This document shows positions 25,101 to 39,100 of a stretch of 64,000 nucleotides of DNA, in pieces. The DNA is from Pocillopora damicornis. Taxonomy: Eukaryota. The notes under the pieces are model-generated. The model was not told where the DNA came from. It did not search any database and saw only the letters and a list, made by a program, of their open reading frames with translations. Location: the NCBI RefSeq assembly GCF_003704095.1, contig NW_020844913.1, positions 1 through 64,000 of the forward strand, given 5' to 3'. Both the position numbers and the translations under genes were made by a program. How positions within the stretch are numbered: the stretch's first letter is position 1; each line of letters begins with the position of its first letter.

Positions 25101-28100
25101 TCTCTGTAGAACATGGAGTATGTAATATACATTAGCTATCCAATAGTTGGCCAGTTGACACTGACGGCAGTATCAGGAAATGTGTTCAGCTGGTCTGTTG
25201 CACCATTCTTTTGTATTATATTTGGGTGAGTAAATTGAGTCCTCTATTTTCTCCAGTATTGAGACATAATACATTAATACCTTGACAATGAACTGAGTTC
25301 TTTTGTGCTGACGTGGAAATAAACATAATGAGTTACTTTGCTCATTAAGTCATGTCTGACCAGGTATTTCATCTTACACTGTATATCCACTGAAAAATAT
25401 CAGTTAATTAATTGTTCATTTGGAGAAAATTATGTGATATTTAATGAATGCTAAGTTGATTCAGTATGACATATTATCAACACTTTAATTGATTTTTTAG
25501 GTTCCTTTTTCTTCAAATTTTCTATCCTCCAAGTCGCTCTTCTTTCATTTATCATGATGTAGTACATAAGGCTGGGGAGGAAAGACCTCCTGAACGTAAG
25601 TGATTAATAGCAACCTTTGTTACACTTGTTGTACTTCAAAGAAATAGTTTGTTCTTTACATGAAAACCTTCTTCATCAACTTGATATGTCTGATTTTCTT
25701 CTGCAGAGAACTTCCATTTCATCAAAATTAACAAATATTTATATTTGAATAAAGAAAGTACCTTGACTGTTGTCTTAAGTTTCATTTAGAGGCAGTCAGA
25801 TTAATTTCTAACTCTTGAAATGGATGTCACATCTAGGGTGTGAGCTGTTAGCTGTGTGTCAGCTGTCTTTGGGAAAGAAAATGATGATACAAATTAATGA
25901 GTATATTTTTCCATTGGAAGATTTTCTTTTAGGGTCCTTAGAGATATAACAACAACTGAGTAAGTTTTTGCAAAAATATAAGCATGCTTTTCTAAAATCA
26001 TAATGTGATGATAAACTTCCTTTCAGGTTTCCTTTTAAGTAGTCTTGAAAAGACACTGCTGTTGGTAAACCTAGTTACTGTCCCAGGCAGCATGTTTATT
26101 GTAATTAATTTTATGGACTTCTTGCACATAATTACTTGGGTGAGTATTTATTCTAAAGAAACAATCATTATCTTGAGAATTTCTTTGATTAGTTTTATCA
26201 GTGATAATGCAGTTTTTTGGTTCTTGTACGTGAAGATACACCTTTACATCATTATCCACTGATCAAACTCAGCTTGCCGCAGTTTCTTTCCTTTCTCAAT
26301 TTGATAATTAAGCATACCTTTTCAGTTCTTTTGTGTTGCAAATTTTCAACCCCAATGCTCTATATCCCATTTTTGTCAGTTCTCATTAGTTAACTGGTTA
26401 CAAATGCATATTTTTGTACGACTGGCACTGCAAGTGGGCAAGGTGAAGCAAATATTGCTTTCTTGTTGTCTACCTTAGTGAGAAAGATGAGCCATTTTGT
26501 CAAACCAGTATTGTCTTCTTTGTTTGTGTATAGCTATATTTGTGCAGAGGATCTTACTAAGAATGTATTAGTCTCAAACAGACTTTATAGAATGTACTTC
26601 CCTGACTCATAACTCAGTAGGGGAATATTATTTTTTTTTACTGTATTTCCTCTACAGATTAAATTGATGTTATGTGGTGTTCTTCCTATCTTTCTCTGTA
26701 CTTGTTTGGATATTGACGATGAGATAGAATTTTTGGGTAAGGTTCACAAACACAGAGTCTATTAAGCTGATCACATGTAACAGTAAACATTTGGAAGATG
26801 AAGAATGAACTCTGAATTCAACATGTCCTACAAGATAAATTGTGAGTGCAACTTGACCCCACAACTGGTTGAAGCAGTGACTCTTTACAGAGGCCAGTTT
26901 CCACCACTTAGTGCCTAGAGAATTATGGCCTTTATTCTTGTGTAATAAAATAAGACTTGAATTGGACAGTTTGCATCCACAGATTATATAGATACAAGTT
27001 GTTCTTTCTTTACCTTAAATTATAAACTATGACGTACACAAAGTGCAGTAAATGATTTGATGTTACAGGGAATGCTACTATTTTTAATGGCAAGGCAACT
27101 AATATACTTTTCTCTTGCTGCGTAATTTCTTCCATACTGCTAACATTAGATCATTTAAATTAAAATCAGAATTGTCAAAAGATGCTGTGGCCAAAACAAA
27201 ACTAGGATCTGGATTGGGGAGTTTGGTAAGTCCAAGCTTTGTCACAAACATAGTGTCAAACATAGGATATCAGTGTATAAATTAATGTTGGCCAGCCACA
27301 TGCCAATTTTCCCTGGACAGTGTCAAAGAGCACACACCAAACAACTGTTCATAAGCAATACTTCATGAAAAAAAAGAGGTAAATTTGGAGCATTCACAGA
27401 ACTTTTGAATGGAATCAAAAGTGCCAAAAGTAGTACAAAAGAAAACTGGATACTTTTTGAAAACAAAGGTTATTTCATCGTGGGTATTTTGTTAGTAATT
27501 CATTCTTTTAAGCTTCACCAGACAAGTTATACGTTCTTAAAACATTAGTATTGACTGGCTCTTGTTGTTTTTGAATCATGAGAGGGTGCTCAAATTTTTG
27601 ACCTATTAAAATACCTGAACAAATGACATGACATGAGTAAAGTGTGTGTGCATGTGTGTAATTGCAGCTGTGGTCTTGTCATAAGAGGAATTATCTAAAT
27701 ACTGGGAACTTTACGACATCAATTCAGAATTTAATATCATGAAGAATTTTTTCTTTGCTGGGTTTTTTTGTTACTTACAAGCAGCATGACACTTGCAGTC
27801 TATGAATTTCATTGTTTTTACTGTTTTTGTAACAGTATGAATGTTATGTGTTACATGTACTTAAATAATGAAATTAAAAGTTACAAGGTATAATGTGTAT
27901 GATTAAAGCATTTATTCTATTTTCCTTAAAAAGGTTTGTTACTCTTATTGTCACTAATAATGTACTAATCTATTTGTACAACTACAAAACATAATTATTT
28001 GGTTTGTTTGTTTTGTTTGTTTTTCTCATCAGCTACTGTTGGTTGTAATATTGATTTCATCTGGTACTGTGGGTTTCCATAGTCTACCAATAATTCTAGG

Positions 28101-31100
28101 AAATGTCATCTGTGGTGTTTTAATTGTGATCACTAGTGGACGAGAAAAGTGCAGGGTACGTCAAATAAATCTCAGCAATGACTATAAAAAGTCCTCTTTA
28201 GTAATTATGTATCTTCTTTGGCTGTTACCTACTGAGTGTACAGTATACACATCCCAGCAAGCCATTTCTATCATCATAAACAAAGATTAATGCTATAACT
28301 TAATAGTTATTCTATTAACACTAGATCAAACATATCACCAAGTTGAAATTTTCCTCTTGGAACAACTAAGGAATAGTAATAATCTGCACTAGAGTATATG
28401 TTTTACTCAAATTATGACCATATTGCACTGCTAAAAAGTGCAGCATACTTCATGTTGTCAGAAACTAAAGCACATAAAAATATCAGCTTAGATTTTTCCC
28501 CATATATTCATTAATTCTTGTATCTTGTTGTCAATGATATTAAAACAGTCAGGAATACAAGTGCTTTTTCACCTTCTTTTCAATAATTTTCTATCAGCAG
28601 TTTTTGTCTATGTTGTCTTTTTCTAAACTTTGTTGTTCCCTAAGAACCAAAAAGCCTAGGCCACACCTACATTTTTTCCCTCAGAAAGTAAAGTTCTTAT
28701 CACTTACCTGTGGTTTACTGACCAGCATTTCTCTTTTGATTGTGTGTTGTGATAATATAAAAATGTATGAGTGCCAATTCTCAATTTCTTCTCAGCAATT
28801 TATTAGAAAACCTTTTTTAAAGTAACTCTTTTTAAATCTAATTATTTGCAGGTTTATCAGAATTCTTTATATGCAGTACTTGGTATTTTGTCTCTTCTTG
28901 GTGTATGTATGCTGCCCTGGACACTAATGTATCCTTGAGGAATTTTACTCATATTTAGCCTATAAATGTACTGTTTGATCTGGGTAACCACAGCTTAAGA
29001 TGCCTTGTTATGGAGTTTTGTGTGTGTTTTAAAAAGTTATAAATACATTTTAGACCACCCGCTATGAGTTTAGAGGACGGTGACGCATGACTATTGGACA
29101 GATTAACAAGACATCGAGTGGCTTCTCACTTTACCATTTTTGACTTATTTCAATTCTAGCATTGTTTAAAGTTGGGATTGTTTTAAAACGTTTCCTCGTA
29201 TTTCTAACAATAATTCTTGGGTAGATCAAGTTTACTATACATGTTAGTTATTTCTTCAGATAGATCCTAATAGTGTATATTTTCAAAGACCAAATAAACA
29301 AGGTCATTCTTATTTAGAAATCCTTAACAAATGGAAGATACTATTTCCATTTTCTTTCACTCCCTCTCTGGGGAGTTAACTTTCTTCTTGGACTAGTTTC
29401 TTGTCTCTCAGTACTCTGTGTATATCTTGTTTCTCACAGTACTAACAGAGAATGGATAAATCCTCTTCTAGTTTTTCAGTCCGTAGGTAAGGCTCCTGAA
29501 ACGCAAATTTGGTTATTTTGGATCGCATTCCATTTAGGTTTCTAACCCAACTACCCATAATTTCAAAATCCAATCAGAACAAAAGAAAACAACACAAGGA
29601 GCTAAGTGGAGCTTAACATAGAAGCAGGCAAATTCTCTGAGGCACAGAAAACGCGCAAAGAAGTGAAACTTCATTGCATGTCTGTATTATTCTCAGATTT
29701 TGAAAGTGTAGTGGCGAGAAAACGTACTCATGTTGGTTGATGCAGTTTTTTCTTCTTTTTTTAAAAAAAATTAGGTTTCCATGGTGGGATCAAATATGAC
29801 TTGCTTTTTTTATTTTTACAGTATTTGTGCTTTGTGAAAATATCCTTGCTAAAGAAAGCCTCTATCCAGTCTATTTTCTTGTGGGGACCATGCTCTGTGC
29901 TAGTTACATTTTTGAAAGGTATTTAGAACATTGTCCAATTATAGCGAGGACGTTTTGGCATACAAGAGCCCTTACCTTACAAGCAACTTCTGCAGACATT
30001 CGCCAACAGCAAAATTTCCTCATAGACGGAACTCAGTTTCCTCATACAATTTTATCCAAAACATAAGCACGCTTAAGATAATCTATGCCTTTGTAGATCA
30101 TATAGGTAATGACTAATAATTGCAAGTATGCTTTTAGGTTGCACAGTGTAGGCAAGCTCCATTCCCAGTCTATGTTACTGTGTATTGCAGTCCATGGTTC
30201 AAAGGTGCCTCTGTGTTTATCGCTGGTCCTCCCCTTCAGACAGACATCCTCTGTATTGCTTCCCAGCATAGTAGTTATATCACCTGCAGTACTCATGTTC
30301 ATTTTTACGTACGTTGTAAGCAAGATAATCGAGTCGCCTGAGGACCTCTCAATAAATGAGGTAAGTTTTCTCTTAAAAGGAAAAAAAAAACAGTCATTCT
30401 TTTCGCCGGAAAACAAAATTTATTTCTAATTTGAGCCGGCTGCCAACAAGCTGTCGGTTTTGAATTAAATCGTTTGCAACGATCACAGAAAAAATAAGCA
30501 GCACGAAAGAGCGATCAGACCTAAATTTCGTAAGAATTGAGGAGTCTGTTTTGTTACTGTTGTTATAATTTGTTTCTATGCTGTTGCTGCTGCAGTCAAG
30601 TCCATGTTAGGGCATGGAGAAGCAAATCTGACTTCTTTAATTTGTTCCTTGGTCGTAGGGATTAAAGCTTTGTATGGCATCAGGCATTGTAACAGTTGCC
30701 GTATACGATGTGCTTGTGCTCCCTTTATGGCTCCTAATGACTCACAGAATACCTTCGCCAGCGGATGTTCTGGGTAAGTGGGTCACTAGATGTGGTGTTA
30801 TTGAAAATATCAGGGAACAGTTATTCGTGTTAACCGCAGACATGCAGAAAAATGGCTTGACGCTAGCCTCCCTTTCCCGCAGATCCTTGCCTTTATCCCG
30901 CCTTTACTCCGTTTGCAGTCTTTTCAATGTAGGGAAAAAACTTTTGTGTTGATATTATTTTTTTCCACCTCTGAGTTTGTTCGTTAGTTCCTAGTGTTAT
31001 CAGACCACAACCAGGTAACCTGTCTGAAGCACGTTTTTTGTGATTATTTCAGCTGGAGTGCTATTCATCTGGGGAGCCATATGCCTCAAGTTGTCCCACA

Positions 31101-34100
31101 TGCACTTTTCACACAATCTCTTCCTTAAGAGACTTAACATCCTTGTTCTGTGTGTGAGTGTTTTAGTGGAAATTATCCAACCAGACTTAAATGTTTACAG
31201 GGTGAGTGCTCTGTACCCTCAAGGTGTTTTAAAGAGATATGATTGCTATGAATGGCTAACAGTTAGTACATGTGCCTTTTACATGTTAGGACTTGACATC
31301 GAATCAAGGCTTCATAGAATCCTCTCCTTCTGATAGAAGGTTAATTCGTAGTATGTGCATAACTGTTGTTAGTTAACGTCAGTACGCATGCTCGTCATTT
31401 AAGTACCACTAAGGGCGGTGCTCAATTTATTTGATATGTAATGTAATTATTTCTTAACCAGGTACTGCAAGGCGCCTTGGTGTTTGTGATCTCACTGTTT
31501 TATCCATTCTTCAGCAATGAAAGCGTTCTATCATCAGAGTGAGTTTAGTCTGTTTGTCAGTCAGAATCTTAAAATTAACGCTGCCCTCAGAAAATTGACT
31601 GATTGGTGCCCTTTGAAATAATGAAAGTGATTTCAATCAGAGACTTGGAGGTTTGTGGTTACTGCTACGGAAAATGGGTAAAGGGGATATTTCTTGTTCT
31701 TGTTATTTCAGCAGCAGTAAGAATTCATATATATACCTCTCGGCTTTTGGAATGGAATTCGTCAAGTACCAGTCAGAAACGTTGTTTTTAGTGGTATGGG
31801 TTTTATTTTACGTGATAATGGGGTCTTTCATAATTTACTTCCTCGGCATCGATGGAACTTACTTTTTACAAATTATGAGATAATCGTTTACTTACTTATA
31901 GGCGAAGAGTTTTACCTCTGTGGTTAGTGGTAGAATTTTTTTCTTTTACTTTTTCCAGAGCCACTGTACTGCCTTGGCTAATTCTTGTTGCTTTATCAGT
32001 GCTACTAGCGGTATTGACTAAACTTATGACGTTTGAGCAAGCGTCTTGGTCACAGAGGCTTGCTGTTGCGGTTTTAATCGGCTTGGCTTTGGGTTTCAAG
32101 GTTTCCTCCGCGGTAAGTGTAAAGAGGGTCGTCTATAATTTCCAATGCCGTCATTTCTGAATAATCGAACTGAGATACATACTTAAGTGATTAAGTATGT
32201 ATCCCTGGAATTTGAGTTCCATGTCAAACATGAAGGCGTTTACTCTAATGTCCGAACACAAAGACAACTTAACCACGCGTTATCGAAATGTCAGTAGCTT
32301 AAGTTAGAGCTAACCTCATCTGCTCCAAGTAGATGCGACCTTAATTAGATGGACACCTGAGTCATACCATCTCAACTCACTGTATAGCTTCGTTTTTTCT
32401 GTAGATGATGCCTCCAACAACTCGTCCACTTCTGATCATTCTCCTGTTTGGAATCTCTTCCAGCTTTACATTTTATTTACTGATAATTTCCTGGAAGCCG
32501 ATTTTTGGAGAAGCACCCCCAAATTTAAGGTATCTAGCTACAAAAATTAAGTTCCAACCAGAAAATCTACAGCGGATATTTTATCCAGGCCACTTTTGCT
32601 ATCGATTTTTTCCCCTTGATGAGAAATTGACCTATGTTTTTTTTCTTAGGCGATCACGGAAACAGACCAGATCCTTAAAAAAAACATCTAATTGCAACAA
32701 CGTAGTCATGGAAAATAGGGAAAAATGAAAAAAGGCAAATGAGAATTAATATGCTTAAAAGTTTCCTTCCCAGGATCATAGCAGTTATAAAACATGAAAA
32801 GGAACTGATTTAGGTTTATTTCAATTGGTTAATACACGTCTCTTTTCCTATTGTTTGGGTGATTTTTATACATTTAAAATATCTAGACACACTACTGTCA
32901 CAATGCCTCTCTCCACCCAGGAGTAAATATGGGTACTGGCGAATTGTCAGAGAAGCATGATGAAATGCTGGAGGGTACCCTTGCGATGGACTAGCATCCC
33001 ATCCTGGGGGGGGAGTAGTAATACTCCTAGGCGCTTCATGTTACATGGGAAGAAGGTCCGATTGGGTGGGCTAGTAGGCTTGAGTACAAACTTTACCTTT
33101 ACCTCTACAATATCTGGCATGAACAACGATAATTTAGATTTGACTGGATACTCCTAATGAGCCTTTTTTTCCCTTCGTGTTTGATTTGGCTATTCATTAC
33201 CACGCTGTTGCGGTTAGGTGAATCTTAAGTTAATCAAACGACAACATTTAAGATTACACAAACAGTCATGTAAGTTCGCGTTTCATGCTCAGGTTTTCTA
33301 GGTAATCCCTTGATTTCGAGTGCGATGTGAGATAAATCAGTACCAGTGATTTTTTCAAAGTCTTTTCTGTCAATTGATTTAATTTCAATTTTTGACGTGT
33401 TCTCGGCCAATAACCATGCTGACATTTTCCTATCTGCGTGAGCGGAAACACTTTTGAAATAGGTCTTATGCATGCTTACGTCGGAAAACCCACTATCACC
33501 CCAAGCCTCACTTTCAAGGTGTGAGCTTGTGCATTTTTGCAAAAAAATGTTCCAAAAACATTCAAATCAAAGGAAAGCTCACGTGGAAACATCACGGAGG
33601 TGGAAAAGATTCATGAAAATGTTAGTGCACAAGGGGCTTGTGGCTGAATTTTCAAATGGCGTTATCCCGCTAAGGGCTCTTCGACAAAGAAACCGAAGCG
33701 CTCTTTTGATAGTTAACTTATTGGTTTTGTCTTCTGTTTGTGCTCTCTCCATTAATTTCAGCTTGCCATATATGCTTCTAAATGGTTCTTTTTTGGCCTG
33801 CGTCTTGTCAGAGACTGTATTTTCTAAACCCCTGGATGTATTGAAAGGTCAGTTAACGAAAGGGCCCTTCAAATTTTTTTTAATGTTTTTTTTTCGTGTT
33901 TCTATTCTTTCTCAAAATGATCTTTACAATTTTCTTCGCTTTCTTTAAGGATCGCACAAACTGCCTCCAGTCCTCTCCAGTTCGTTTTATCATTTGTGTC
34001 TTTACACTATTTTGGGTTTGGGCCTCAGAAGAGATGCTGTGGCACAAGAAGATAGCCTGGTAATTTTAGTATGAACATGTCGTGATAAGATTTTTTCTCT

Positions 34101-35267
34101 TTAGTTTAATTAGTTTAACAACTATTTTCCTTGACTTTATATGCAGGAAGAGAAGAAAGGAAAGCTTCCATCTGGACTCGTTCTTCAGAGTTTTTCGTTT
34201 TTCTCCAACATTTCCATATGCATCTCATTTCTACTGCTTCTAATGTGTTCTTCCTCGGACTATTGGGAGCTGTGGGTAAGTGGTGTTTTAAAAACTATAA
34301 ACAACCGCAACAGCAAATTGTTTTGTTTTTTTCATGAAGATTTTCTGTCTTTTCCCAGATTTCTTTTGCCGTTCTCCTATTGTTATTTCTGAGACCGGAA
34401 GGATTGCCTTATTTAAGAGGCATTCGTGTTCGGTTCACGCCAACCTTACCTGCGACAGTAGCGTTAGCTCTGTGTATGTACTCTCGGACAGTAACTGAAG
34501 CATTACCAACGCAACTATCTTTCTTCTCAGTTACAGGTTAGCACACATCATTGTTAATATTTGATAACCACCTGGTAAAGTATAACCGTGTGAAGGGGTC
34601 TGAGAACTATAGAAGCGTCATACTGGAATTCACAACCTCGGGCTTGCGGCGGCTGTGCCGTAATGGTTATGTGCGGAAGCAAATAGCAAATGATTTTATT
34701 TCTCATTTCCTTATCTTCTCATACTGTAGACTGTAAATTTAAGTAAATAGAGTTATGCCAAACCTAATTTCGTTTCCTATCGAACCGAACCTAGACCTTT
34801 CCATTCAGATTCCAGCGCGCTAACTGGCAACAAATAACAAAACAGCCGAGGGAAACCTGCCAAAAAGCTTGAGGAAGCAATAAATTGTTTCGTTCTCCGA
34901 TAGCAAGGAATAGCAGTTCGTTCTTCCTTTTTCTGTTACGAGAATACACGACATACATATCCTTACTTTTCTTAGTCCTGAACATTTTTATAGTTTCTTT
35001 AAAGTATTTTAACTTTATTCTACAGGTTACGTTTTGGAGATGCTTATCTTGGTCAGTTCCTTACCGACTTATGTAGTCTTAGTGTGCACGATATGGCGCG
35101 CCGGCGAGATGTCATTGGTTGAACAACAACTGGTTATGTTCACGGCTCCTAGCAACGTGGTGCTTTTGATTTACTGCAGCACTCTGTCGGCAAAAATCTT
35201 AGGCTTTGTAGGAATTGCTGCAGTCTATTGGCTGTTTTATCATGTAAAGATTACTGAAAGTAAATAG
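22153..35267 (+). CDS. Multi-exon polytopic membrane protein, NO EXINE FORMATION 1 (NEF1)-like
   Basis: Phase-consistent GT-AG exons: 22153-22233, 22725-22852, 23532-23603, 23828-23902, 24229-24287, 24401-24459, 25110-25225, 25501-25595, 26027-26139, 26658-26736, [unresolved], 28033-28155, 28852-~28928, [unresolved], 29822-29918, 30138-30360, 30659-30773, 31053-31201, 31462-31538, 31959-32112, 32405-32529, 33762-33847, 33950-34059, 34147-34275, 34359-34536, 35026-35267. Peptides GVGLFQFKQLQYEEP, LYPVYFLVGT, HMHFSHNLFLKRL...IIQP and SLPTYVVL...APSN...KILGFVGI match recalled plant NEF1 motifs (GVWASLQFKWIQxENP, MYPSYMV, ALHFSHVLSAKR...MQP, FPSH...LPLN...ILGLLG) in the same order. Confidence 0.8.
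23120..23225 (+). repeat. Fragment of an interspersed intronic repeat (MITE-like)
   Basis: cagcatttaatttctccttacaatatcacc...gaaatgaccaccaaccaaagaagctcttgattg resembles, from recall only, a repeat abundant in pocilloporid coral genomes. Confidence 0.4.
23257..23372. repeat. Degenerate short palindromic repeat array (gccaacagtcggc / ttggccaa units)
   Basis: Repeated ~12-bp self-complementary units are directly visible. Confidence 0.55.
32890..33105 (+). mobile_element. SINE fragment (Deu/Nin-domain-like core), intronic
   Basis: gcctctctccacccaggagtaaatatgggtactggcgaa...gatggactagcatcccatcc...ggagtagtaatactcctag; a second, inverted copy lies at ~56270-56545. Confidence 0.65.
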
Positions 35268-36182
35268 AAATTTTTGAATTTAGAAATGCGCTGTTATCCA
35301 CAATCTTTTAACTGCCTAGACACAGATGAACTGGTAAAGTCTCGTCAGTCAACTGTTATGATTGTCCATTTCAACGGTGCGATAAGCGAATGGGGTGACT
35401 TCCGCGTTGCTTAGAGTTAAATTGCGCTGTAGATATTCGGGTTATCTATTTGCTACATCATTGAAAGATCGTGGTGAAAGAGAAGAACTACCAGTGATCG
35501 TCATCAAGACAATACGCCCCGTATTCTATTTTTGGTGTAACAAAAAACCCGCAGTTTGGTTATCTACTCGCTTATTTGGCTTTTTGTATGCATCTCAGAA
35601 TTTCATTCTAAAAAGCTACACCACTGTGACAACTCATTTCCAGACTGTTTCATCTTCATCTGCAGTGAATCGAACAAGATCGTCTGTTCAAGTTGGCAGA
35701 CTGATTGACACGACATGTAGGTGCGATAATATGGTAGCAGTAATGCCAAAAAAAAAACCTTGCTACTTCTCTTGTCTTGCCTAAGTGTTGGAAATTAGGG
35801 AAAAGTACCTCTCCGTTCTTTCGGCGGTATAATGCACGCAGCATTTTGCGCGCGCAGCGTTCTACTTTTGAAACAAGGCGGTAAGGCCTTTTTTAAAGAA
35901 AGACTCCAAAGCTAACGTTTTGTTTACATAGCCTTAGCGGTACTATCATTACTGTTCAAAATTTACAAAAAGCGACCTTGACTTTACGGCAATTACTGAT
36001 TTACAGGGAGATGAGGTGATCTCCATTATTTGTAATTATTTAATTCACGAGGCACGACGTCAAATGTACTAATTCGTTATTGTGACGTAGAATTAGTATT
36101 GCGAAACTTTTCTTCACATTAGGAGTTGAGTTGCAGTGCGGAGACAAAATTTTCTTATAAGAGAGATTTTCTACAAGGAGAA

Positions 36183-39100
36183 ATGAAATTGTGGGTCGGG
36201 ATTGTGTTCTTGGTTGTGTCGACACAACTGGGAATCAATGCTCGGCCCATTCCAAGATCAAAACCACTACTAAATGATGGTAGGTAAACATTCCTTGGGT
36301 TTCCTACTGAATAATATACATGAAAAAATTACTCAGTTCTGATTGGTTAAGATAAGTGTAGTTTTCAGGTAATTCAATATAGAAGAGGGTTAATTCAGTG
36401 CAAAGAAGTTACAAACCAGACATTCTGATTGGTCAATAATCAAATGCGAGCCTTGGATGTCGCAACATTTGGATACGCTGAAAATTTGCGAGCGAACAAT
36501 GGCCGGCGTTTTGAGTAGGTTTTCTTTCGCCACCGTAATAGAGCAGCTGAGAAACAGCTCTAATAACGAAAACACTACCTTTTGGTTTTCGGTTTGGAAA
36601 AAGTGGTGTTTAGATAAAGGAATTGCTAAGGAAATCGAAAATTACGAGCCGACCCAGCCTAACACTTTACTCGAGCCATTCTACGCCAAAATTAAAAACA
36701 AACATGGTTAAACCTCGCAAACGACGATTCCATTTCATCGAAAGTGTTTCGGACACAGACTGAACAATTCCTTGAACTGTTTCGCCGGACTTTGAACTTT
36801 TTTGCGTCTTAGAGATGTGAAAATATTGTATATTATTGTTTTGATTGTACGCGGTTGTTTTGACCGAACGCGCACTGTCACTTGCAGGTTTGAATAAATT
36901 ATTTTTGCACTTGATGCGCGCGCTTTGCTTCTGCATAATAGGCCATCTTCCAGTTGTGTACTTAGTTGCTAAGCCTTTGATTTGGAGTGAGGCTGAAGGT
37001 GACCTTGTTGTGGTAGAGACCAGTATCCAATTAGCATGATAACAAAGTAATTTGCATTTGAAAAGCAGCAAGGTTTGTATCATAACAAGGTCACCCTTAG
37101 CCTCATTCCTGTTCAAAGGCTTGGCATCCAAGCACACAACTGTAAAATGGACTATTATGACAAGCTATCTCGTATTTTTTCATGTATATTATTAATACGA
37201 AATCACATGATTTTCTTTGTGCAATTTGGAATAAATAAGCACTCGTTAATTTTTTCAAAGACCACAAATTGCACTCGCCCAAAGGGCTCGTGCAATTTTG
37301 TTAGTCTTTGAGAAAAAATTACTCGTGCTTATTTATTGCACTCGAAATCATGTGATTACCTATATAATAATAATTAATAGGTCAACCGGGTATATCGTCT
37401 TGTGGGGTCACCAACCAATGACTGGAGCTTATGAACGAAGGCCAATCATTGTAACATTATTAATTATAGAAAGTGATAGCACAAAGTTGGCAGACGTATC
37501 CTGCTTCAGGCGCAGGAAAATGTAATCGACAAGATCATAGCGCGAATTACTGTGCCAGACATAGAACTTGGTAGGGCAAAACCAAAGTCAGTAATAAAAA
37601 ACAGCTCTAATCGCCGAAGGTCATGTTGATAAAGCATTTTTAAATTCTAATTTCCTCATTTTTTATGCGGTTGGGGAGGGTACATCGAACACTAGGGGTG
37701 AATTTGTTCGACATAATCAGTAATAAAAAGAGCTGCACGCACTTCTTTAATGGATTGCGCGACCCAAGTGATGCTAAAATTTTATTGAGTAGTTTATCTG
37801 AAGCAAAGTGACTAATAAAGCAACGACTGCTGAAAAGCGCTTGTGTTAAAACTGCTTTTAAGTAGGTTTTAAGTACTTTGCAGCCAGCTTTCAGCGTTTG
37901 TCCAGGAATGAAACAGTCGAACTGAGGTGTTCAAAAGATAGGCTGTATATCCATGTTAGACAACTGTCAATAGGCAGTAATTGATGTAAATTCCCGACAA
38001 CTTTCAATTTTTCAAAACCTTCCCTGATTCTTTGGCAAGTCTGTAGTGTTGCGACCGTTGCTATGGCTCCAGGGCGTTAGCCCACGAAAGTCCGTGATGT
38101 GTACATACGTTTTTTTAACTCTGTTATTCTAAGTTGTTTAGTTTCTGATACTCTTACGTCGTGCGCGTAGATTTTCATTTTAAGGTAGTTAAAGTAAAGT
38201 ACTCTTAAGCTCACGATAAGCCAGTTCTGGCTCGGCGAAATGGTATCAAAGGTTTCAAAGAGTAACGGTAGGGTTCAGAATGATAATTTACGTATGGCTG
38301 GACACTGACACTAAATTTCCTAAAGAGTAGTTAAGATGAAAAGCTATCAGCCAACAGTCTTCCACAGTCTGATGACGTCAGTTTTAGACTTCCCTAGCAT
38401 TAAAGGTAGGTACCCCGAAAATGATCCACCTCCGAATGAAGATGGTATTAACGACTCTTTGCATGATAAAGGTGGAGCCGATGACGATGAAGAAGCCAAC
38501 TGGACTAACGGTGATGATTACAACGAAAATGCCGAGTGGAGAGACAAAGAAGGAGGTGACTCTATCGATGGTGAAGGTAGGCCCCCACGACCTTGAAGAT
38601 TAACATCGGAATTGAGATGATACTAATGACCATCTTGGTGCTATAGGTGATCCGGATGACGACGAAGACGCAGAGTGGAGAGACGGTGATTATGATCACT
38701 CTATCGATAGTGAGGGTAAGTTCCGTACAACAGACATTGACAATGACGTTGATACAAATGAATCCCTAAGTACTTAAAGCAATCCCCATGAAACTTATCA
38801 CGCAGAATCCACATCGGAGTAAAGATGATACTAATAACCCTCTTTGTGCTTAAGGTGAGCCCAATGACGATGAAGATGCCAAGTGGAGCGACGGTGATGA
38901 CTTAATCAACAGTGAAGGTAAGCCCCATGAAAGTACGGGTTTATATGAGAATGACACTGATGCTAATGATATCCCTGCTTAAAGCACTAACAGCTTACTT
39001 TTTGTTAAAGGTGAGCCGGATGTCGATGAAGATGCTGAGTTAAGTGGCGGTGATCGTGATGAGTCTAGCGATGCTGATGGTGAGCTAGAAAATGAGAATT

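Noticed and set aside
22153-35267. Algal symbiont or plant contamination, or recent HGT, as the source of the NEF1-like gene
   Set aside because: Canonical GT-AG introns contain host repeats (including a SINE also found in the JIP intron), composition matches the host, and the gene is contiguous with animal GPCR genes.
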